A stretch of DNA of 64,000 nucleotides, from positions 2,862 through 66,861 of the forward strand of contig JAKFVH010000073.1 of NCBI GenBank assembly GCA_021732285.1, written 5' to 3'. The stretch's first letter is position 1, and each line of letters begins with the position of its first letter. The notes beneath the pieces are model-generated. The model was not told where the DNA came from. It ran no database searches and worked only from the letters and a program-made list of their open reading frames with translations. Source of the stretch: Reyranella sp. GTDB lineage: Bacteria > Pseudomonadota > Alphaproteobacteria > Reyranellales > Reyranellaceae. Made by a program: the position numbers and the translations under genes. This document shows positions 33,117-41,907 of the stretch, piece after piece.

Positions 33117-33665
33117 ATGATGCGTCTGGCATTGACGCCGCTATTCGTCGCCATCTCTTTAATGTTCGCAGGAGCGACTGCTGCCATGGACAAGGAAAAC
33201 ACGCTCTATATCGATCTCAAGGATGGCCGCGTGGTCATCGAGATGCGCCCCGATCTCGCGCCCAACCACGTGGCGCAGATCAAGAAGCTGGCGCGCGAGG
33301 GCAAGTACGACGGCGTCGTGTTCCATCGCGTGATCGAGGGCTTCATGGCCCAGACTGGCGACCCGACCGGCACCGGCTCAGGCGGCATGGGCGAGACGCT
33401 GAAGTCGGAGTTCTCCAAGGAGCCGCACGTGCGCGGCTCGGTGTCGATGGCGCGCACCAGCGACCCCAACAGCGCGCGCAGCCAGTTCTTCATCGTCTTC
33501 AAGGATTCGAACTTCCTCGACGGCCAGTACACGGTGTGGGGCAAGGTCACCAAGGGCATGGAGTTCGTCGACAAGATCAAGCGCGGCCAGGGCCAGTCGG
33601 GCTCGGTGCCGCCGCCGCCCGACAAGATGATCAAGGTCCAGGTCGCGGCCGACGCAAAGAACTAG
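33117..33665 (+). CDS. Cyclophilin-type peptidyl-prolyl isomerase
   Basis: FHRVIEGFMAQTGDP, SMAR, SQFFI, LDGQYTVWG; signal peptide. Confidence 0.95.
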   Translation: MMRLALTPLFVAISLMFAGATAAMDKENTLYIDLKDGRVVIEMRPDLAPNHVAQIKKLAREGKYDGVVFHRVIEGFMAQTGDPTGTGSGGMGETLKSEFSKEPHVRGSVSMARTSDPNSARSQFFIVFKDSNFLDGQYTVWGKVTKGMEFVDKIKRGQGQSGSVPPPPDKMIKVQVAADAKN

Positions 33666-33695
33666 GCGTTACAAGACGACCTTCATGAATTGGGC

Positions 33696-33873
33696 TCCTC
33701 TCCCCCGCTAGCCCCCTTCGCTCCTGCGGAGCTTCGGAGGGCTTGAGGCCAAGCATGCTGCTAAAGCCACCGAAGCTGCACCGCAGCGTAGGTGGCTAGG
33801 GGGAGAGGTTGGGTGAGGGGGAAACGCACGTCGCTGCCCCCTCACCTAGCCTCTCCCCCTAACGGGGGAGAGG
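33696..33873. repeat. CCTCTCCCC-family repeat interrupted by a second 88-bp element
   Basis: Same arms as the 26007 copy, with the first hairpin split at GCTAG; GCTAG occurs at both 33707-33711 and 33795-33799. Confidence 0.85.
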
Positions 33874-33893
33874 AACATGAAGGACTGAGAGCC

Positions 33894-34271
33894 CTATTCC
33901 TTCGTCACCGTGTGGAAGGTCTTGGAGATGATCTGCCAGCGACCGTCCACCTTCAGCAGCGTCAGGTAATCGGTGAAGTAGCGTGGCGGCAGCTGGCATT
34001 CGACCTTGGCGATTGCCGTGGTCGGGCCGGAGAAGTCGATCGACACGATGCGGTCGGCACGGGCGCTGCCCTTGGCCTTGCCGGACGGGCGGCCGTCCAC
34101 CATCTTGAACCACTCGCCACGCGGCCAGTCGCTCGCCTTGCCATCGCCTCCCGCGGCATAGAGATGCGAGGCGGAATGGAACACCTCGCCGAGCTTCTTG
34201 GTGTCGCCTTCGTAGAGGCCGTCGAAATAAACCTGTAGCACCTTCTCGACCGCCGAGACTTCCGAGCTCAT
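33894..34271 (-). CDS. NTF2-like (lumazine-binding-like) protein
   Basis: YFDGLYEGD, FTDYLTLLK.DGRWQIISK. Confidence 0.85.
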   Translation of the reverse strand: MSSEVSAVEKVLQVYFDGLYEGDTKKLGEVFHSASHLYAAGGDGKASDWPRGEWFKMVDGRPSGKAKGSARADRIVSIDFSGPTTAIAKVECQLPPRYFTDYLTLLKVDGRWQIISKTFHTVTKE

Positions 34272-34287
34272 CGCCTGTCCTCCGTGT

Positions 34288-35277
34288 TCAGATCGCCCCG
34301 TTCGGGCTGACCAGGATCTTGCCGTTGCGCCCGCCCTTGTCGGCGTGCGCCAGTGCGTCCTTGATATTCTCGATCGGATAGACCGTGTCCACCGGCGCGG
34401 AAAGCTTGCCCGCCATCACCTGCCCGCCGAGGTCGGCGTAGATCGCGCGGATCTGCTCCGCGCTGCGCTTGGCAAGGAAGCGGCCCAGCATGAAGCCGGT
34501 GAGTCGCACGCCGCGATAGATGAAGTTGTTGCGCGTGACCTTCGGGTCCTCGCCGCTCATCGAGCCGTAATGGACCAGCGTGCCGTCGGTCGCGATGCAG
34601 TCGGCCAGCCGGCCGGTGGCCGCGCCGCCGATCGCCTCGACGCCCAGCATGATGCGGGCATCGTCCGTCGCCTCGCCGACCTGGCGCGCCAGGTCGCTGC
34701 TGTCGACGATCACGACGTCGGCACCCAGCGCCGTCAGCTCGGCGGCAAGGTCGGCGCGGCGCACGACATTGACCGTGCGCAGGCCGCGCTGCTTGGCCAG
34801 CACGATCAGCAGCCGGCCGACGGCGGAGTTGGCGACGTTCTGGCTCACCCAGTCGCCCGGCTTGAGGTCGACGAAGTCCGACAGCATCAGCTGTGCAGTC
34901 GGCGGGTTGATACGCACCATCGCCGCCTGCCTGAGGTCGATGCCGGCCGGCAGCGGGATCGCATCGTCGCCTTTGACCTTGCGGCGCTGCGCCCAGTTCT
35001 CGCGCTGCAGGTTGATGACCAGGTCATCCTTCTTGACGTGCTTCACCGCCGAGCCGACGGCGACGACGCGGCCGACGCACTCGGCGCCAGGCGTCGCGGG
35101 CAGCGGCGGCTTCAGCCGGTAGCTGCCGCGACAGAACCACATGTCGGCCGGGTTGATGGGGAAGGCCAGCACGTCGAACACGACTTCGTCCGCCGCCGGC
35201 TCGCCGACGTCGGGCACGTCGGCGCAGCGCGCGACGTCCCAGGGCGTTCCATAGCGGTCGATCAGGACCTGCTGCAT
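34288..35277 (-). CDS. MDR family 2-enoyl thioester reductase-like oxidoreductase
   Basis: PINPAD, INPPTA, QN.ANSAVG, YGSMSG. Confidence 0.88.
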   Translation of the reverse strand: MQQVLIDRYGTPWDVARCADVPDVGEPAADEVVFDVLAFPINPADMWFCRGSYRLKPPLPATPGAECVGRVVAVGSAVKHVKKDDLVINLQRENWAQRRKVKGDDAIPLPAGIDLRQAAMVRINPPTAQLMLSDFVDLKPGDWVSQNVANSAVGRLLIVLAKQRGLRTVNVVRRADLAAELTALGADVVIVDSSDLARQVGEATDDARIMLGVEAIGGAATGRLADCIATDGTLVHYGSMSGEDPKVTRNNFIYRGVRLTGFMLGRFLAKRSAEQIRAIYADLGGQVMAGKLSAPVDTVYPIENIKDALAHADKGGRNGKILVSPNGAI

Positions 35278-35293
35278 GCGTTTCCTCCTTTTT

Positions 35294-35425
35294 CTTCCTC
35301 CCCACGCTCAAGCGTGGGGAGGTGTCCGCGAAGCGGACGGAGGGGTCATGAGCATCAGTCGCGATGCTCATGACCCCTCCGTCGGCGAAGACGCCGACAC
35401 CTCCCCAGCTTCGCTGGGGAGGAAG
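35294..35425. repeat. CTCCCC/GGGGAG multi-hairpin palindromic repeat
   Basis: CTTCCTCCCC..GGGGAGGTG..GGAGGGGTCATG...CATGACCCCTCCG..CACCTCCCC..GGGGAGGAAG; second copy at 48236. Confidence 0.9.
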
Positions 35426-35488
35426 AGCCTTTGCTTTGTTGGCCCGTCGATTGCTTATATTGTGATTCGACAGGGGGTGAAATGCCGG

Positions 35489-36922
35489 ATGGCGGCCAAG
35501 GCATTTGACGAAATGAATTCAGGCGCGGCGGACTCCGTCCGCGCGCCCTATCGCGCCGTCGCCAACTGGCTGGCGCAGACTTCGCCCGAGAAGGTCGCGG
35601 CGACGCGGCACGAGGTCGACGTCTTCTATCGCCGGCACGGCATCACCTTCGGCGCCTATGGCGCCGTCGACGGCGCGGAGACGACGATCCCCTTCGACAT
35701 CATCCCGCGCGTCATCGCCTGGGACGAATGGGAGCATCTGCACAAGGGGCTGGTGCAGCGCGTTCGCGCGCTCAACGCCTTCCTGGCCGACGCCTACGGC
35801 GAACGCGAGATCTGCCGCGCCGGCGTCATCCCCGAGCAGCAGGTGCTGATGAACGCCGAGTTCGTCGCCATGGCGCAGGGCCTCGACCTGCCGGGCGGCG
35901 TGCACGCCCACATCGCCGGCATCGACCTGGTGCGCGTCGGCGAGAAGGATTTTTACGTCCTCGAGGACAACGTGCGCACGCCGTCGGGCGTGTCCTACGT
36001 GCTGGAGAATCGCGAAGTGATGATGCGGCTGGCGCCCGAGCTGTTCTCGGCCATGCGCGTGCTGCCGGTCGCCGACTACACCGAGGAGCTGCTGGCGACG
36101 TTGCGTTCAGTGTCGTTCAGCGACGATGCCGCGCCCAACGTCGTGCTGCTGACACCCGGCCACTACAACAGCGCCTACTTCGAGCACGCCTTCCTGGCCG
36201 ACGAGATGGGCATCGAGCTGGTCAAGGGCTCCGACCTGTTCGTCGACGAAGGCCGCGTCTACATGCGCACGCCGCGCGGGCCGCAGAGGGTCGACGTGAT
36301 CTACCGGCGCGTCGACGACGGCTTCCTCGATCCGCTGGCGATGCGGCCGGATTCCTTCCTCGGCGTCGCGGGCCTCTTAGGCGCGCTGCGTGCCGGCCGC
36401 GTCAACATCGTCAATGCGCTGGGCAACGGCGTGGCCGACGACAAGTCGACCTACACCTACGTGCCGGAGATGGTGCGCTTCTATCTCGGCGAGGAGCCGA
36501 TCCTGAACAACGTGCCGACCTGGCGCTGCGATCGCGCCGACGACTTCAAGTACGTGCTGGAACGCCTGCCCGAGCTGGTGGTCAAGGAGATCCACGGATC
36601 GGGCGGCAAGGGCATGCTGGTCGGCCCGACCTCGAGCAAGGCCGAGATCGAGGAGTTCACCACGCTCCTCAAGGCGCGGCCCGACAACTACATCGCCCAG
36701 CCGACGCTGGCGCTCTCGACCTGCCCGACCTTCGTCGGCCAGGGCGTGGCGCCGCGCCATGTCGATCTGCGCCCCTTCGTGCTGTCAGGCCGCAAGACCA
36801 CCATCATCCCCGGCGGGCTGACGCGCGTGGCGCTGAAGGAGGGCTCGCTGGTCGTCAATTCGAGCCAGGGCGGCGGCACCAAGGACACCTGGGTCCTGGC
36901 GCCGGGCGCCGCGGGTGCTTGA
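35489..36922 (+). CDS. Circularly permuted type 2 ATP-grasp protein
   Basis: IPFDIIPR, LEDNVRTPSGVSY, NSAYFEH, RHVDLRPF, VVNSSQGGGTKDTWV. Confidence 0.95.
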   Translation: MAAKAFDEMNSGAADSVRAPYRAVANWLAQTSPEKVAATRHEVDVFYRRHGITFGAYGAVDGAETTIPFDIIPRVIAWDEWEHLHKGLVQRVRALNAFLADAYGEREICRAGVIPEQQVLMNAEFVAMAQGLDLPGGVHAHIAGIDLVRVGEKDFYVLEDNVRTPSGVSYVLENREVMMRLAPELFSAMRVLPVADYTEELLATLRSVSFSDDAAPNVVLLTPGHYNSAYFEHAFLADEMGIELVKGSDLFVDEGRVYMRTPRGPQRVDVIYRRVDDGFLDPLAMRPDSFLGVAGLLGALRAGRVNIVNALGNGVADDKSTYTYVPEMVRFYLGEEPILNNVPTWRCDRADDFKYVLERLPELVVKEIHGSGGKGMLVGPTSSKAEIEEFTTLLKARPDNYIAQPTLALSTCPTFVGQGVAPRHVDLRPFVLSGRKTTIIPGGLTRVALKEGSLVVNSSQGGGTKDTWVLAPGAAGA

Positions 36923-36935
36923 CATGAGTTCATGC

Positions 36936-36997
36936 TCTTCCGGACCGCGCGCTTCCAGCGCGCTCATGAGCGCGCTGGAAGCGCGCGGTCCGGAAGA
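36936..36997. repeat. Perfect 62-bp palindrome, GGACCGCG family
   Basis: TCTTCCGGACCGCGCGCTTCCAGCGCGCTCA|TGAGCGCGCTGGAAGCGCGCGGTCCGGAAGA. Confidence 0.92.
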
Positions 36998-37018
36998 ATA
37001 CGAGCAAGTGAGCGGCGC

Positions 37019-37954
37019 ATGCTGAGCAGCACCGCCAAGAACCTCTACTGGATGGGCCGCTATCTGCAGCGCGCCAAGTCGACGGCGCGGCTGATCGAGG
37101 CGACGCAGCGCATGGCCCTGCAGTCGCGCGGCGAGGAAGCCGCCGGCGTGGCCGCGATCTTCGGCATGGAGGACGAGTTCCGCCAGAGGCAGCAGCAGTC
37201 GAGCGGCCGGCTGGCGAGCCTCATCGACTTCCTGGTGATCGACGAGAACAATCCCTCCTCACTGGTGAGCTCGATCGGCGCGGCGCGGCGCAACGCCCGC
37301 GAGGAACGCAACAACATCACGGTCGATGTCTGGGAGAGCCTGAACGGCCTGTGGCTGGAGCTGAGCGAGCGCCTGCGCGGCAACCGCGCCCTGCTCGACC
37401 GCGGCGCGCTGATCGAATCGGTGAAGAAGCAGGCAGTGATGATCTTCGGCGCGGCGCAAGTGACCTTGCTGCGCGACGAGGCCTACAACTTCCTGCAGCT
37501 CGGCGCCTTCCTCGAGCGCGCCGACAACACCGCGCGCATCCTCGACATCAAGTTCCACGCGCTGCGCCCCGACGGCAACCCGCATGCGCAGGAGCTCGAC
37601 TACTTCGCCTGGTCGGAGGTGCTGGCCTGCATCGGCGCGGTGCGCACCTACCGGCGCATCTATCGCAGCGCGCTCGATCCCATGAAAGTCGCCGAGCTGA
37701 TGATGTTGCGCCGTGACGTGCCGCGCTCGGTGCACCACTGCCTGTGGATGGTCGATCTCAGCATGCGCGAGCTGGCCGAGGCCTACGGCTCGCGCGGCGA
37801 GGCCGACCGGCTGGCCGGTGAGCTGCACGCCCGCCTGCGCTACACGCGCATCGACCAGGTGTTCGACATGGGCCTCAACAAGTTTTTAGGCGGCGTGCGC
37901 GGCGACATCGCCACGCTGTCCGACGAAATCGGCCGCCAGTTCCTGCTGGACTGA
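37019..37954 (+). CDS. Alpha-E domain protein
   Basis: MLS..A..LYWMGRY..RA, LG.FLERADNTARILD, PRS. Confidence 0.92.
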   Translation: MLSSTAKNLYWMGRYLQRAKSTARLIEATQRMALQSRGEEAAGVAAIFGMEDEFRQRQQQSSGRLASLIDFLVIDENNPSSLVSSIGAARRNAREERNNITVDVWESLNGLWLELSERLRGNRALLDRGALIESVKKQAVMIFGAAQVTLLRDEAYNFLQLGAFLERADNTARILDIKFHALRPDGNPHAQELDYFAWSEVLACIGAVRTYRRIYRSALDPMKVAELMMLRRDVPRSVHHCLWMVDLSMRELAEAYGSRGEADRLAGELHARLRYTRIDQVFDMGLNKFLGGVRGDIATLSDEIGRQFLLD

Positions 37955-37960
37955 CAGAAC

Positions 37961-38779
37961 ATGCGCCTCTCCGTCCACCACGCCACCCGCTTCGAGTTCG
38001 ACCAGCCCTCGGGTCATTCGATCCATGACGTGCGGCTCACGCCCAAGCCCGCCAGCGGCCAGCGCCTGATCTCATGGCGCATCGACGGACCGGGCAAGCG
38101 CTCGGAGTGGCTCGATGGCCACGGCAACCAGGTCACGACCTTCTCGGTGGCGCAGCAGCACGATCGCGTCGAGATCGTCGTCCACGGCATCTACGAGTAC
38201 ATCGGCGGCGACCAGTGGCTGCGCTACGCCGAGACACCGACCCTGCCGGCGCCGTTCTGGCTGCGCAACACGGGCCTGGCGCGCCACGACGCGAGCTTCG
38301 ATCCGTTGATCGGAGGCCTGGCCGAGCGGGCCAACGCAACCACCAAGCGCGTCGAAGCCCTGCACGAGCTCATGAAGCGCGTCTGCCAGCGCATCGTCTA
38401 CAAGACCGGCGTCTCGACCGTGGATACGACCGCCACCGAGGCGCTGGCGCGCGGCGCCGGCGTGGCGCAGGACCAGGCGCATGTCTTCATCGCCGCCTGC
38501 CGTCGGCTCGGCGTGCCGGCGCGCTACGTCAGCGGCTACCTGCGCAACGACGATCCTGAGCTGCATGTCGGCCGCACCAGCCATTCGTGGGCCGAAGCCT
38601 GGGTGCCGGGCCTGGAATGGGTGGGCTTCGACCCGGCCAACGACATCAGCCCGCGCGGCGACAGCCTCAGGGTCGCCGTCGGCCTCGACTATCGTGATGC
38701 CGCGCCGGTCAGCGGCCGGCGTGTAGGATTCGGGGATGCGAAGATGAGCGTCGAGGCTTCCGTGAGGCTCATGGACTAG
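37961..38779 (+). CDS. Transglutaminase-like protein (catalytic Cys position is Ala)
   Basis: RLTP, GVAQDQAH, PARYVSGY, HSWAE, GFDPAN, VGLDY.DAAP. Confidence 0.9.
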   Translation: MRLSVHHATRFEFDQPSGHSIHDVRLTPKPASGQRLISWRIDGPGKRSEWLDGHGNQVTTFSVAQQHDRVEIVVHGIYEYIGGDQWLRYAETPTLPAPFWLRNTGLARHDASFDPLIGGLAERANATTKRVEALHELMKRVCQRIVYKTGVSTVDTTATEALARGAGVAQDQAHVFIAACRRLGVPARYVSGYLRNDDPELHVGRTSHSWAEAWVPGLEWVGFDPANDISPRGDSLRVAVGLDYRDAAPVSGRRVGFGDAKMSVEASVRLMD

Positions 38780-39195
38780 CCTTGATAAAGAAGCAGGAAG
38801 GCCGCGGGCGTCACAATGCGCACGCCTTCGAACGGATCGAGTTGCAGCAGATCCGAATCGCCGGTCACAAGATGGGACGCGCGGCCGTTCACAGCGATTT
38901 CGAGGAGCTTGTCGTCACTCGGATCACGACAAAGGCGGACTCGCCTGACGATGCGAACAGGTTCGGTCAGCTCCGCCAAACGCCGAACCTGTTCCAAGCG
39001 AACATCGCGGGAAATGTAGGCATCGAACTTCCGACGCATGACGACGTCGAAAAGCTCCTTCAAATGTTCCTCAGATGTGAGAAGAACGCCGAGGCGCAAG
39101 ACGACTCTCACCGCCTCTGACGGCTTCGACTGTGGGCGGAGCAGCTGACTGATAAGAACGTTGGTGTCGATAACGACCCGGAACTCAGTCGTCAT
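38776..39195 (-). CDS. PIN-domain toxin (VapC-like)
   Basis: VVIDTNVLIS, CRDPSDDKLLE.A, LVTGD.DLL. Confidence 0.9.
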   Translation of the reverse strand: MTTEFRVVIDTNVLISQLLRPQSKPSEAVRVVLRLGVLLTSEEHLKELFDVVMRRKFDAYISRDVRLEQVRRLAELTEPVRIVRRVRLCRDPSDDKLLEIAVNGRASHLVTGDSDLLQLDPFEGVRIVTPAAFLLLYQG

Positions 39196-39436
39196 TGCGT
39201 AGAAGCTCGGCGAGCTTCTCTTCGCTCAATCCTCGCGATTCGGCCTGACGCCCGACGCGCTCGCACAACGACAGCAACTCCTCGACCTTGAGGCGTCGAA
39301 GCTTGTCGTAGTCCTCGATCGATATCACCGCGGCGACATCGTCCTCGCCTCGTTTGAGCACAACACTATCCTCGACTAGGCTCTCCAGAACCTTGTCGAA
39401 GGCAGCTTGGGCTTCGGCAATGGTCATTACCTTCAT
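39185..39436 (-). CDS. Phd/YefM family antitoxin
   Basis: MTIAEAQAAF..V...AAVISIEDY; overlaps the PIN gene start; AAGGAG RBS. Confidence 0.85.
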   Translation of the reverse strand: MKVMTIAEAQAAFDKVLESLVEDSVVLKRGEDDVAAVISIEDYDKLRRLKVEELLSLCERVGRQAESRGLSEEKLAELLRNDD

Positions 39437-39559
39437 GGTCGTGCTCCTTTCGCGACTATATCCCAGAGGCCGGCCTGTCGTCCTGCCTTGACGAGAGCCT
39501 CTAATAGGCTTGCAAACGCCCAGATTAGGGCTTGTACGGCACGAACCTACGAGAAATAG

Positions 39560-40864
<1,305 letters not shown>

Positions 40865-40913
40865 CAAGCTACATCGGGCGCGACCGTCAACTGTCGCGCC
40901 CGGGAGCTCAGCT

Positions 40914-41270
40914 TCACAAAGGGTTGGCGGGGTAGAAATCCGCCACGAAGAGCAGAGCATCCTTCTCTGCCCGATCCGGTTTCTCGAAACGCAGCCTCAT
41001 CTTGCGATCCAGTCCCAACATGACGTTGTGGATATCGACAGGCAGCGGAGCGATTGAATCGATCGTACATCGGGTTTCACCGTCGTCTGGCAAGGAGACG
41101 CCGGTGCTCAACTCAAACGTTACGTGATCCTGCGTGGTCACCCTTCTTGCTTCAATTTTGTCGTTCGTTATGGCCTCTACCAAGCAGATGAGACTCGCGC
41201 CGTTTGGGCACTCCGCATGGAAAATGTCGCCCGGGACAAGACGACTTAGCTTGGACCTGCGATCGGCCAT
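40914..41270 (-). CDS. Hypothetical protein
   Basis: 118-aa ORF with AGGAA RBS, 11 nt downstream of the next ORF; lower GC than flanks. Confidence 0.7.
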   Translation of the reverse strand: MADRRSKLSRLVPGDIFHAECPNGASLICLVEAITNDKIEARRVTTQDHVTFELSTGVSLPDDGETRCTIDSIAPLPVDIHNVMLGLDRKMRLRFEKPDRAEKDALLFVADFYPANPL

Positions 41271-41281
41271 GCGCCGATTTC

Positions 41282-41734
41282 CTACCTAGGACGGATAAGC
41301 CACGGCCGAAGCAGCCCCGGTTGCGTGGAACTCGGTTCGTTTCCGATTCCGAGTTGTTTTACGGCGCACTTTTGGCACAAAATACGATCCTCGATCCGAT
41401 ACGCGCCGGTCGTACCATAGTCTCCACCAGAAGCGCATTTTTGGCAGGCCAAGTCGCCAGCAGCAACAGGGTCAACATCCTGTAGTGTCCGGGGCGTCAG
41501 ATCGCCGGCCATCCCACCGCCAAGGAATGCCAAGTTGGTCGTTGGTCCGGGCGTAAGCGCGGGCCAATGCTGCAACCAGCTCTCGGAAGCGAGACCTTGA
41601 TGTGTTGGGGGATCGACGTCTGCCGAGCTGTCCCGAATTGAACCATCTGGTGCAAGGCGGAAGCCTGGAACTTCCTCCTTAGGCTCTCTGACGCGAAAAC
41701 CGGGTATGAATTTGGTCTCTCGAAAGTTGAACAT
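41282..41734 (-). CDS. Hypothetical protein with PGFR repeats and two CQKC motifs
   Basis: GAGGA RBS; IPGFRV...VPGFRL at the N-terminus; CQKCA twice at the C-terminus. Confidence 0.65.
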   Translation of the reverse strand: MFNFRETKFIPGFRVREPKEEVPGFRLAPDGSIRDSSADVDPPTHQGLASESWLQHWPALTPGPTTNLAFLGGGMAGDLTPRTLQDVDPVAAGDLACQKCASGGDYGTTGAYRIEDRILCQKCAVKQLGIGNEPSSTQPGLLRPWLIRPR

Positions 41735-41757
41735 TTGCGATTCCTCATAATGACAAC

Positions 41758-41774
41758 TAACTATACCATAGTTA
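41758..41774. promoter_or_regulatory. AT-rich inverted repeat, possible operator
   Basis: TAACTAT-ACC-ATAGTTA, about 25 bp upstream of the 41734 start. Confidence 0.45.
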
Positions 41775-41907
41775 TTATTCGTTCACCAGAGTTATTTATC
41801 GTCTGATCGTCGAATCGTTAGATATGCACTTAGGACCGGGCGCATTCGCCCGATAATTTTCACATGATGGCGCCGTTGAGTTAATGGCAGATCATCAGTG
41901 AAACCAC

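Noticed and set aside
35276-35488. N-terminal extension of the ATP-grasp ORF
   Set aside because: It runs through the intergenic repeat and divergent promoter region; ATG 35489 fits better.
36932-37018. N-terminal extension of the alpha-E protein (MLFRTARFQRAH...)
   Set aside because: It is the translation of the palindromic repeat, and the family-typical start MLS is at 37019. Unlike murE, no conserved sequence lies upstream of the repeat.
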